A stretch of DNA of 27,608 bases from Paramicrosporidium saccamoebae KSL3. Taxonomy: Eukaryota; Fungi; Cryptomycota. Below are positions 9,797 through 19,251 of this stretch, one piece after another. The stretch covers positions 15,946 to 43,553 of the forward strand of contig MTSL01000073.1 in the NCBI GenBank assembly GCA_002794465.1, in the 5' to 3' direction. The translations under genes were made by a program, and so were the position numbers. The notes beneath the pieces were generated by a model that was not told where the DNA came from, ran no database searches, and saw only the letters and a program-made list of their open reading frames with translations. Position 1 is the first letter of the stretch; every line of letters starts with the position of its first letter.

Positions 9797-10036
9797 ACAT
9801 ATTTGATTGGTCCTCTCCGTTACAGGTTGCCTGCGCCAGCTAGTTTCATTTGGGATGCAAAGCTTCGTCAGGGACTCTGCTTGAACTCTTTGAATTTCAT
9901 TCTCGACTGTTGACTTTTTGTTCTTGGGTCGCATTGCGGCACTGAGCCACTTTGTTATAGTAAACTTTAAGTATATTTGATTGGCTCTCCCCGTTACAAG
10001 TCGCCTGTGCCAACTGGTTTCACTTGAGATGCAAAG
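9783..10036 (+). repeat. ~80-bp direct duplication (9783-9862 and 9958-10036)
   Basis: By-eye alignment gives 12 mismatches and 1 gap. Each copy contains TTGATTGG and ends in GATGCAAAG; copy 1 overlaps the CDC7 stop, copy 2 contains the ATG at 10029. Confidence 0.9.
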
Positions 10037-10503
10037 AGGAACCACGACTCCTTTACTACGGGCTCGTCGTACTGGAGACACTATGGAGCTTGGTCGACAG
10101 GCGGGACGAAATCGTCTTGCCGTTACAATTGTAATTCTCTTGGGAGCTTTGTTGCTGGGGCTGGTCGTTTATCGTGTGCACGGACTAATGACTGAACCCA
10201 CCCAATTCCTCGTCAAAGAAGATTACAGTTCCGAAAAGCTTTCGCCAGAAAAGCTGCAGGAACTTGTAGGAATGTTTTATGCCAAGGACACTACTAAGAA
10301 TTCCGAGTTGGAGGCTCTGTATAAACAGGGAGTCAAGGTACAATTGCTACTTGCCTAACTCTTAGATTATCACTCGTGAACAGTTGCCCAAGAACACTAG
10401 AGTAATCCCTCCTGGTGGAATGGTGACTATGGATTTCGTCGAGGACCGTCTGAATGTTCACCTCGATGGCAACTCGTGCATAAAGAAGGCCAAATATGGC
10501 TAA
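10029..10503 (+). CDS. Membrane-anchored peptidase inhibitor, I78/potato inhibitor I (I13) fold; exons 10029-10337, 10366-10503 (alternative start 10083)
   Basis: A 28-nt intron 10338-10365 (GTACAA..CCTAAC..CTTAG) joins in frame to IITREQLPKNTRVIPPGGMVTMDFVEDRLNVHLDGNSCIKKAKYG*, the typical RVI.PG.MVTMD...DRLNVH family motif. N-terminal hydrophobic helix LAVTIVILLGALLLGLVVY. The ORF track start at 9981 is not an ATG. Confidence 0.85.
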
Positions 10504-10543
10504 CTATAATAACCAGCGGAGTTGTGAAGTAAATGTAACATGT

Positions 10544-10720
10544 GTTGAATATTGTGAGTAATGCGAGTAGCGTGAGTGGTGTGGGTGGGTTGAATAGTGT
10601 GAGTAATGCGAGTAGTGTGAGTGGGTTGAATAGTGTGAGTAATGCGAGTGCTGTGAGGAATGTAAATAATGTAAGCAACATGAATAGTGTGAGTAATGCG
10701 TGGATGGGTTGAATAGTATG
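10544..10720. repeat. GT-rich minisatellite built from 9-bp subunits; core TGAATAGTGTGAGTAATGCG x4 plus a partial
   Basis: Cores at 10546, 10591, 10627, 10681 (spacings 45, 36, 54, all multiples of 9); partial at 10710. Confidence 0.88.
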
Positions 10721-10813
10721 ATCCAGTTCAATCGTGTGGTGCTCACACTCACAAGCGTGATAGGATTCTTTTCATTAAATTCATCATTCTACTGACAATT
10801 CTCTCAACGTCGG

Positions 10814-10860
10814 CCAATTAGTCTACAAAGCAATATGTTCAGAATAGGGAATCTATAAAT
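10814..10860 (+). promoter_or_regulatory. CCAAT (10814-10818) and TATA-like TATAAAT (10854-10860) upstream of the carboxypeptidase
   Basis: Motifs read directly; TATA-like box ends 27 nt before ATG 10887. Function inferred. Confidence 0.45.
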
Positions 10861-10886
10861 GTCAACACAGAGTCCAAACAAAAACG

Positions 10887-12136
10887 ATGCGTCTCTGGTC
10901 AAGCTCTGCTGTCGTCTTCTGGACTTTGGCAGACACGGCATATTCTAGTTTTATCGGGGAGAGATACTTGGTGGAGTGTCAGGTTCAAACAGATGAGCAG
11001 ACGGAATTTGTAAAGCACCAGGTCGACTGGAACGCGTTAGATTTGTGGGGGAGTACTGATCATGTTGGGACATTAAAGATACTTGCAAATGACAATCAGT
11101 TAAGATTGCTGCAGGCAGCTTTGACTTGCAATCCACCTACAAACATTCGGAGCATTGAGGCAGAGATTGAGAAAAATTCTGAAAAGCGGCACCTTTTCAA
11201 CTCGGGTTTCTTTGATATCTACCAAAATTATACTAGCATCCAAGCGAGACTTGCCGGTATAAAGTCGACGACAGGGTTGATAGTCCAGCAGGATCTTGTG
11301 GGAAAGTCACACGAAGATAGGAGCATTACCGTCGTCCATATAAAGTCGGCAAGAACGATGCCGCAGAAAAAGATTTGGGTCAGCTGCGGCCAGCATGCAC
11401 GAGAATGGATTGCACCTGCCTCTTGCTTGTACTTGATTGACAGACTAATGTCTGGATATGGCGAGAATAACCGGATAACAACACTGTTAGACAACTTTGA
11501 GGTCTATGTGGCTCCACTCATCAATCCTGATGGGTACGAGTTTTCGCGATCCTCTGACAGATACTGGAGGAAGAATCGCAGACCTAATGGCAAGGGAGTG
11601 TATGGAGTTGATTTGAACCGCAACTGGGATGTAAACTGGGGACTTGTAGGTACAATGATATATTTTTGAATCAATTATTAGGCACATCAACGTCTCCAAC
11701 ATCGCATTTATACAGGGGACCCTCGGCCGAGAGTGAACCTGAAGTAGCCAGCACCGCAAAATTTGTGAGGTCGCTACAGAATGTTGTTGCTGGAATTGAT
11801 GTACACTCCTATGGCCAGTTGATTCTGCGCAACTATGGGTGGACTACCCAGCCTTGTCCCGACGAGGCGGCATTCAAGACCATTGGTGATCGAATTGCAA
11901 GGCAAATGAACAAGATTAATGGCGAAAAGTATATTTCTCAACGATCTGGGGACCTTTACCCTGCTTCAGGTGCCATGGACGACTGGATTTACTATGCGAC
12001 AAAATCACTCGGGATGACTTTTGAGTTGCGTGATCGAGGATACTATGGATTCCTGCTGCCGCCAAACTTTATTGTACCTACTGGAAAAGAGCTTGTTGAA
12101 GGGATCATTACCCTTGGCGAAAGTTTGAACAAGTAA
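10887..12136 (+). CDS. Secreted zinc carboxypeptidase A/B, family M14A, with propeptide; exons 10887-11649, 11682-12136
   Basis: Signal peptide, prodomain, GQHAREW (Zn His/Glu), WRKNRR, GVDLNRNW, IDVHSYG (third Zn ligand), SGAMDDW, FELRD (catalytic Glu). 32-nt intron 11650-11681. Confidence 0.94.
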
Positions 12137-12284
12137 TGAATTTGATCGCATTTGTGTGTTTAAAAATTGGCAATGAACAAGTTTGTAGTGTCCTACGCGG
12201 CAATGGCCTGATATGTTTGGGTCTCGCATGAATTTTTGGCCATGGTAAAACTGACCAATAACATTTGTACAAGTCAGCATTGGC

Positions 12285-13055
12285 ATGGAGGGTGAAGACG
12301 GACCATTCCGCCGCAGACCAAAGGAAAGCTACGACTACAATGATGGATCATTCTCCACTGCGACCAACTTGACACAACTCTCCCGAGAAACCCAACGCCA
12401 TCTTCAGCGTGTGTACGGCAACCTTACTGTTACGACCTTGTTCGCTGCTGCCGCAACATATTTGTTTAATCAAGGCATTATTCCAGAACCTGGAATCATT
12501 GCAATCGCATTATTGTTTGCATGCCTCTTTGGAACCATGTTCTCTGCCAACACGGCAAGAAATTCTCTTGCCAGACATGGTGGTTTGTACGGATTTGGCT
12601 TTGCTCAGGGTTGGCTGGCCGGACCACTGGTGCGTCATGTGGCCATGGTCAGTCCTGAAACGGTCATGATGACTGTCATTGCCACAGTTCTAATCTTTGG
12701 CTCTTTTACCATGAGTGCCTTTTACTCTCCGCGTCGTCAGTACATGTACTTGGGCGGAATACTGGGGAGCGCCATGTCGATCATGATGCTCGCGGGATTG
12801 GCCAACATATTCCTCCGATCAAGCATGTTCGCAAGCGCCGAGTTGTATCTTGGGTTATTCATCTTTTCCTTTTACGTGCTCTATGACACTCAGGTGATTG
12901 TAGAACGATCCGAAGGCGGTTCCCGTGATCCAGTACTTCATGCCATCACTCTATTCACCGACTTTGCCGCCATTTTCGTTCGACTCTTGATCTTGCTCTC
13001 CAAAAACCGCAACGACACCGACGGGCCTCCACGCAAGCGTGATCGCAAAAAATAA
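12285..13055 (+). CDS. BI-1: Bax inhibitor-1 (TMBIM6-type) ER membrane protein
   Basis: RHLQRVYGNL, six to seven hydrophobic helices, YVLYDTQVIVE, HAITLFTDFAAIFVRLLILL and a basic C-terminus (RKRDRKK). Confidence 0.92.
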   Translation: MEGEDGPFRRRPKESYDYNDGSFSTATNLTQLSRETQRHLQRVYGNLTVTTLFAAAATYLFNQGIIPEPGIIAIALLFACLFGTMFSANTARNSLARHGGLYGFGFAQGWLAGPLVRHVAMVSPETVMMTVIATVLIFGSFTMSAFYSPRRQYMYLGGILGSAMSIMMLAGLANIFLRSSMFASAELYLGLFIFSFYVLYDTQVIVERSEGGSRDPVLHAITLFTDFAAIFVRLLILLSKNRNDTDGPPRKRDRKK

Positions 13056-13302
13056 TACTGCATTGTGAAGTTGATTAAAAGCGCATTGTGATTATAACAG
13101 GGGCGGATGAGATTGTGGTTGGGAGGTCTGTATAAGGGTTGTAAATGTGTTGTACTTTCTCACATTATAGTCTTTTATCAACATAGATACTCTCTCGTAA
13201 CACGGCCTCCAGTCCCCATAGTATTGTTCTAAATAAAAGATTTTTTGTTTATATAACCCGGCTGACCCGACGAACTGGGCTGACTGACTGTCATAATATC
13301 AA

Positions 13303-15400
13303 ATGCGCCGGGACATTCGGCTTTTGGTGCTTGGGGATGGTAGCGTGGCTTTGGTAATAATGAGTTGTAGAACAGGTGGGTAAGACGACCATAATTACAT
13401 CGCTTCTGACAGAGGCTTTTGCCGAGGACGTGCCGCCACATTGCGTCATTGTTTATCTTGTAGGTTCCTCATGTGCTGCCCGAGATATCTATTCCTCCAA
13501 GCATTACTCCTGACAACGTCAGCACAGTGCTAGTGGACTCTTCGGGTATGCACTGCTTATAATGTCTTGTCTCGTAGCCCGCCCAGAAGACCGCTCAGCA
13601 TTGGAGGCGGAAATTCGCCAAGCTCAGGTCATTTGTCTAGTATACGCTGCTGACGAGACAAAATCCTTTACTAGGATTGCCTCGCACTGGCTGCCGTATA
13701 TCAGGTCACTGGGAGTAAATGTCCCAGTGGTCTTGGTTGGGAACAAGATTGACATACGCGGAGCTGACATTACAAATGAGTCACTTGAAGACGAAATCCT
13801 CCCCATCATGAACGACTTTAAAGAGGTGGAGACGTGTGTAGAATGTTCAGCCAAGACGCTCGTCAATATTGCAGAAGTCTTTTACTTTGCGCAGAAGAGT
13901 GTGCTCCATCCGACGGCTCCGCTGTACGATTCTCGAGAACAAAATTTGAAGCCAATGTGTGTCAACGCCTTGAGGAGGATTTTCAAAATTTGCGACATTA
14001 ATAAGGATGCCATTCTGGATGATGAGGAGCTCAACGAATTTCAAGTATGGCTGAGGAGAGGAAATGCTCATGTTGTAGATTAAGTGTTTTGGCACCCCTT
14101 TGCAGCAATTGGAGCTCGAGGGAATTAAGGACCTCGTCAGGGATTCGGATCCTTTTGGTGTGTCCCACAATGGACTTACTGAAGAAGGATTCTTGTTCCT
14201 GCATAAACTTTTTATTCAAAGGGGTCGGCTAGAGACAACTTGGACGGTGCTTCGCAGATTCGGCTACGACGACGATCTGTCCTTGCGAGAAGACTTTTTG
14301 CATCCGGCCTTGTCCCTCACTGTGGATTCTACAGTGGAGCTCAGCCCAGTTGGTTACCAGTTTTTTGCAGAATTGTTTGCAAAATTTGACAAGGACAAGG
14401 ACGGAGCTCTTTCGTGGGACGAGCTTGAGGAGCTCTTTGCAACTGCACCCGAAAATCCTTGGCTTAAATATGGATTCCCCGAGACGACACTGACCAACGA
14501 GGCGGGCTTTGTGACTCTGCAAGGCTTCCTTGCCCAGTGGAGCATGACGACGCTTTTGGATTACATGACTACTCTCGAATATTTGGCCCACCTTGGTTTC
14601 TCAGGGGACACTCGCACTGCTTTGAGAGTGATGCGAGGCAAGCGATTTGACCGACCAAAGGACCGTGCCAAGAGAGACGTGTTCCTGTGTCTGGTTGTGG
14701 GTGCTGTTGGCTCTGGAAAGGTTTGCGAGTTTCCATGGTGTTTATCTCGGTTTAGACTTCCCTGCTTCGTTCGCTAATCAACCGCCCCTATTCAACCGGA
14801 TATGTTCCAACATCACAATGTAATTATACCGTAAACAGTGTGGAAACTGAGGGATCTGAAAAGTTTCTCGTTGTACTTTTTTGATCCATGTGTTGACATT
14901 TAGATGATGGAGATTAGCCAACACCAGGCTCTCGACCAAAAGATTCTTTCTGATCCTAATCAGGTTGCTAATGTTGATCTTGTGTGCTACGTGTATGACT
15001 CTTCCGACCCTAACTCGTTCGGATACATTACCAACCTGAGGGTAAAGGGAACATTAGTATTTATTTGTAGCAAAAATACGAGATTCTGTCTCACATTCCA
15101 AGTTTGATTGTGGCTAGTAAGAGCGACTTGGACCGAGTGTCACAGCGACACGAAGTTCAGCCCGATGTTTACTGTCGACAACTACGTCTGCCGTCTCCGA
15201 TTTTTGTATCAGCAAAAGATGCCGTTCTTGCAGACCTATTCCAGACTGTCATCAAAGTTGCAATGACTCCGTCGCTTGCCATGCCGAGGGTGTCTGCTGG
15301 TAAGCATCGACGCCGAGTTGTCACTGGAGCAACGATTGTTGGCATTTCTGCCGCTCTCCTAACGGCCACATTTTTGTTTTTCCGGTTTACTCGTAAATAG
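13303..15400 (+). CDS. GEM1: Mitochondrial Rho GTPase Miro/Gem1; exons 13303-13339, 13371-13429, 13464-13545, 13578-14044, 14079-14720, 14756-14872, 14904-15041, 15071-15400
   Basis: Spliced product MRRDIRLLVLGDEQVGKTTII..VDSSARPEDR..LVGNKID..ECSAK, EF-hands (DINKDAILDDEELNEFQ; DKDKDGALSWDEL), second GTPase domain (VVGAVGSGKTSLL..VASKSDLD) and a tail-anchor helix. Seven 29-35 nt GT..TAG introns give a continuous frame. Confidence 0.93.
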
Positions 15401-15458
15401 TTGATTCATAAAACGACCCGTGATTTTAATAAGGGGCCCTTTGGTGGGGGGGGGGTTT

Positions 15459-15570
15459 GATGACGAGTAAAGATTCTTTGATTATGAGTAAAAATTCTTT
15501 GATGAGTAATGATTCTTTGGTGATGAGCAATACTTTTTTAGCGGCGAGTGATGACTCTTTGATAGGTAAT
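15459..15570. repeat. Degenerate 18-22 bp tandem repeat (GATGAGTAA..ATTCTTT), about 5 units, after a G10 tract (15446-15455)
   Basis: Units GATGACGAGTAAAGATTCTTT, GATTATGAGTAAAAATTCTTT, GATGAGTAATGATTCTTT, GGTGATGAGCAATACTTTTT, ..CGAGTGATGACTCTTT, between the Miro stop and LeuRS start. Confidence 0.8.
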
Positions 15571-15607
15571 AATCACCGCTCAGCGGACGACAATCACGCT
15601 TGTACAG

Positions 15608-15630
15608 TGAGTCATTGGAGGGTTGAGTCA
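15608..15630. promoter_or_regulatory. Two AP-1/Gcn4-type TGAGTCA sites upstream of LeuRS
   Basis: TGAGTCAT at 15608 and 15624, within 95 nt of ATG 15703. TGA(C/G)TCA is the established Gcn4 site and aminoacyl-tRNA synthetases are known Gcn4/ATF4 targets. Confidence 0.55.
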
Positions 15631-15702
15631 TAGGTCATGTTGACCAGGGTTTAACAATAACCAGTTAAATAGCGGTAACAGGAGCGGTACACTGCAACAG
15701 AA

Positions 15703-18700
15703 ATGGATAAGAACGAAAGCAAAGGAACATTTAAACGCGATTTTCTGAGAAATATTGAGCAAGAGGTACAGGAACAATGGAAGGCTAGCCATGTCTTTGA
15801 GATGGATGCACCGGGCAAAGACGAAGAGGTCCCGCCGAAATTTATGGCTACATTTCCGTATCCCTACATGAATGGTAAGCTCCATCTGGGACACGGCTTT
15901 ACTGCCAGCAAGGCCGAGTTTGCTGTAGCATTTGAAAGGATGCAGGGCAAGCGAGCCATCTTTCCATTCGGCTTCCACTGTACCGGAATGCCCATCAAGG
16001 CGTCGGCAGACAAGATCAAGAAGGAAATGGCGCTGTATGGCTGTCCTCCGGTTGTGCCCGCTTCTCAGGAAGAGTCCAACACAGCAACTGCCAAGCATAG
16101 CAAGGTAGCAGCCAAGACTGGAAATGCAAAGCTTCAGTGGGATATTTTGATGCAAATTGGGATTCCCGAGGATGAGATTCCCAAATTTGCCGAAACTGGT
16201 CATTGGATGGAGTACTTTCCCCCACTGGCCCAAAAAGATCTCGCAGGACTTGGATTTCAGATTGATTGGCGCCGCAGCTTCATAACGACGGATCAGAATC
16301 CATTTTATGACTCATTCATCCGCTGGCAATTTAACAAGCTTCGGGCTCAGGAAAAGATCAAGTTTGGTAAGAGGCATACCATCTTTTCCCCGCTGGATGG
16401 ACAGCCCTGTCTAGACCACGATCGCCAGAGTGGTGAGGGAGTGGGAGCAAAGGAATACACTGTAGTCAAGTTGCTCGTAGCAGAATTCCCGGCTGATGAT
16501 TCTCGATTCGACAATGTTCGTGGCAGCAAAGTGTTTCTGGGAGCCGCAACTCTGCGTCCCGAAACCATGTATGGCCAGACGAATTGCTGGGTGGGCCCCG
16601 ATATTGAGTATGGTGCATACCGGACCAATATTGACGGCGAGTTGATTGTCTGCACGAGACGGGCCGCAATTAATATGGCATATCAAGATTTGACGCATGC
16701 GGACGGTCAGGTGGAGTGTGTAGCCAGCTTTAAGGGATCAGACCTCATTGGATTGCCTCTAAAGGCACCAAATGCCATTTACCCGATCATCTACGTACTG
16801 CCAATGTTCTCAGTGTCTGCTAACATGGGAACTGGCGTGGTAACGTCAGTGCCATCGAATGCGCCGGCCGATTATGTCGCGTTGAGGGAAATTAAAGACA
16901 AGGAGGCTCTTCGTCAAAAGTTTAATGTGGACGCTTCAAAGGTGCTTCCTTTCGATCCAGTCCCAATCATCAATACACCCACCTATGGAAATTGCAGTGC
17001 CGAAGTTGTCGTGAAGCAGCTCAATATCAAGAGTCAGAATGACGCCGTCAATTTGGAAAAGGCCAAGGACTTGGTATACAAGGACGACTTTTATGCCGGC
17101 GTCATGAGTGTTGGACCCCATTCGGGAAAGACTGTGCAGGAAGCCAAAACCATTATCCGTGACGAGCTGATTGCCGAAAAGGCTGCATTTGTCTACTTTG
17201 AGCCTGAAAAGCTAGTCATTTCACGCTCTGGCGATGAGTGTGTGGTTGCATTGACTGATCAGTGGTACATTGACTATGGCGAGGCGTCCTGGAGGAAGCA
17301 GGCTGAGCTCTGCTTAGAACGGATGAACGTCTTTTCCGACGAGGTCCGTCATCAGTTTTCCAGCACTCTCGATTGGATGCGTCAGTGGGCCTGCTCTCGC
17401 TCATTTGGTCTAGGAACCCGTCTGCCTTGGGACCCAACCTATCTGATTGAATCGCTCTCTGACTCTACCATCTACATGGCATACTATTCGGTGGCCCATA
17501 TTCTTCATCAAGGAAGCTTGGATGGATCGGTGCGTCCAAATGGTATTAATCCTGAGCAAATGTCAGATGATGTGTGGGAATGGATCTTTGGGGAGGACTG
17601 CTCTGAAGATGCTGACGGCTCAAAGATTGCTGAAAAGTCGGGAATTTCGGTCGACCTGATCCAGCGGATGCGACGCGAGTTCCGATACTGGTATCCTATG
17701 GATCTCCGTGTAAGTGGAAAGGATCTTGTTCCGAACCATCTGACCTTTTCCATCTATGTGCATGTGGCCCTCTTTCCCGAGCGTTTCTGGCCCCGCGGAA
17801 TGCGTGCCAATGGCCATCTCTTGTTGAACTCTGAAAAGATGAGCAAGTCTACTGGCAACTTCATGACTCTTGAGGAGGCGTTGCAGGAATTCGGTGCCGA
17901 TGCTACCCGATTCGCTCTGGCGGATGCCGGTGATAGTGTTGAGGACGCAAACTTTTTGAAGGACACTGCAAACACGTTTATCCTTCGTCTCTACAACCAA
18001 ATTGAGTTTTGCCAGGAAATGATGAGCGGATCTGGCAGTTTGAGACAGGATGACGGCACTGAACATTTCCACGACCGTGCATTCGGAGCAGAGATTAACC
18101 GCGCCATTGATCTGACTGGAACTGCCTACAAGGCGACCAATTATCGTGACGCCGTCAAGTATGGGTTCTTTGAGTTGCAAAATGCCCGCGATCGGTATCG
18201 TGATGCCACCAACGGGAATATTGGCATGAATTGGGGTCTCATCAAAAGGTTTATTCATGTCCAGGCTCTTTTGCTGACTCCCATTGCACCACACTTTTGT
18301 GAACATATTTGGAAGAATATTCTGGGTAACAAAGGGTTTGCCATCAATGAGCCGTTCCCAACGGCTGGTGAGGTTGACGAAGGACTCTTGTCTGCCGCCA
18401 ACTACCTCCAGGATGTTGCACATAATCTGCGCACCGCTCTTCAGGCCGAGACAAGACCCAAGAAAGGAGCTGCAAAGACTGTGACCGCCGCAGAGATTTA
18501 CGTCGCTGTCAAGTACCCCAAATGGCAGGAGGATGCCATTGCAATCCTCAAGTCTTGCTACGATGGATCCAAGTTTGTGGCCGATGACGCAGTTGTTGCA
18601 GCTCTGAAGCCCCTTATGAAGGAGCGTCCCAACAAGAAACTCATTCCCTTTGTGATGGAGCTCAAGAGCCGCGTCAGCACTGACGGGCCTGCTGCATTTG

Positions 18701-18915
18701 AACGCCGCCTCCCATTTGATGAGATGGGCGTCATTTCCGACAATATTGATTTCCTGACACGATCCCTGGGCCTTGTGCAGATTTCAGTCACACCAATCGA
18801 CCCCGCACACGTTGTTCTGAAGAATGATGATGCTACTGAAGCCGTCGAAATCAAGCGCCGCCAGGAAACTTCTATTCCAGGAACACCCACGGCGTATTTT
18901 TATCATCAAAATTAA
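15703..18915 (+). CDS. CDC60: Cytosolic leucyl-tRNA synthetase
   Basis: 1070 aa; ATFPYPYMNGKLHLGH (HIGH), KMSKS, CP1 editing domain (ATLRPET; GTGVVTSVPS), DLRVSGKDL, ALADAGD; eukaryotic cytosolic type; no intron required. Confidence 0.98.
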   Translation: MDKNESKGTFKRDFLRNIEQEVQEQWKASHVFEMDAPGKDEEVPPKFMATFPYPYMNGKLHLGHGFTASKAEFAVAFERMQGKRAIFPFGFHCTGMPIKASADKIKKEMALYGCPPVVPASQEESNTATAKHSKVAAKTGNAKLQWDILMQIGIPEDEIPKFAETGHWMEYFPPLAQKDLAGLGFQIDWRRSFITTDQNPFYDSFIRWQFNKLRAQEKIKFGKRHTIFSPLDGQPCLDHDRQSGEGVGAKEYTVVKLLVAEFPADDSRFDNVRGSKVFLGAATLRPETMYGQTNCWVGPDIEYGAYRTNIDGELIVCTRRAAINMAYQDLTHADGQVECVASFKGSDLIGLPLKAPNAIYPIIYVLPMFSVSANMGTGVVTSVPSNAPADYVALREIKDKEALRQKFNVDASKVLPFDPVPIINTPTYGNCSAEVVVKQLNIKSQNDAVNLEKAKDLVYKDDFYAGVMSVGPHSGKTVQEAKTIIRDELIAEKAAFVYFEPEKLVISRSGDECVVALTDQWYIDYGEASWRKQAELCLERMNVFSDEVRHQFSSTLDWMRQWACSRSFGLGTRLPWDPTYLIESLSDSTIYMAYYSVAHILHQGSLDGSVRPNGINPEQMSDDVWEWIFGEDCSEDADGSKIAEKSGISVDLIQRMRREFRYWYPMDLRVSGKDLVPNHLTFSIYVHVALFPERFWPRGMRANGHLLLNSEKMSKSTGNFMTLEEALQEFGADATRFALADAGDSVEDANFLKDTANTFILRLYNQIEFCQEMMSGSGSLRQDDGTEHFHDRAFGAEINRAIDLTGTAYKATNYRDAVKYGFFELQNARDRYRDATNGNIGMNWGLIKRFIHVQALLLTPIAPHFCEHIWKNILGNKGFAINEPFPTAGEVDEGLLSAANYLQDVAHNLRTALQAETRPKKGAAKTVTAAEIYVAVKYPKWQEDAIAILKSCYDGSKFVADDAVVAALKPLMKERPNKKLIPFVMELKSRVSTDGPAAFERRLPFDEMGVISDNIDFLTRSLGLVQISVTPIDPAHVVLKNDDATEAVEIKRRQETSIPGTPTAYFYHQN

Positions 18916-18983
18916 CCACCAACTATCTAGTTATAAAGGTGATTTTTATTCGTGTCGTGGTGAGGAGATGTGATGATTTACAG

Positions 18984-19097
18984 TAGCTGGGTATTTTATG
19001 ATTGTTATGTCATTTGTGAGACTAGAAGTAGGTTCTTGGATTGACAGTGGACGGCATTGAATGTATCCTCTTCTCGTTTCTTTCCACTACGCGACAG
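18984..19097 (-). repeat. Dispersed non-coding element, copy D (shortest)
   Basis: TAGCTGGGTATTTTA..TTTGTGAGACTAGAAGTAGGTTCTTGGATTGAC..CTTCTCGTTTCT..CCACTACGCGACAG is collinear with copy B and the reverse complement of copies A and C. Confidence 0.8.
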
Positions 19098-19207
19098 ATT
19101 ATGGTCAACACTAACAAATCGACACATGCCAGTTTAGCTTGTAAGAAAGGTCCACACATACGGCGGTCGTTATGGTTGCTATTGTTTATAGCACGACAAT
19201 TAGTTTC

Positions 19208-19242
19208 TATAAATATCTCGGCCCCCAGCTCTTGGTGAGTCA
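19208..19242 (+). promoter_or_regulatory. TATAAATA (19208-19215) and TGAGTCA (19236-19242) before ATG 19252
   Basis: Motifs read directly; function inferred. Confidence 0.4.
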
Positions 19243-19251
19243 ACACTCAGC

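Noticed and set aside
10544-10720. CRISPR-like look: 20-bp repeat with 16-34 bp spacers
   Set aside because: Spacers consist of the same 9-bp subunits, vary in length, there are no cas genes and the context is eukaryotic. The minus-strand HYSHYS and LTLFNP ORFs are repeat artefacts.
12145-12205. Possible decayed element copy after the carboxypeptidase (GCATTTGTG..CTACGCGGCA)
   Set aside because: Only two short matches; the central core is missing.
15628-18890. Antisense ORFs of 201, 267 and 110 aa over LeuRS; likewise 904-1278, 2199-2858, 4632-5096, 6419-7906 and 24009-24410
   Set aside because: Shadow frames of well-supported genes, with no recognisable motifs.
18970-18976. RTGATGA box-C-like motifs here and near 15520 and 15549
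   Set aside because: No correctly placed CTGA box D or terminal stem.
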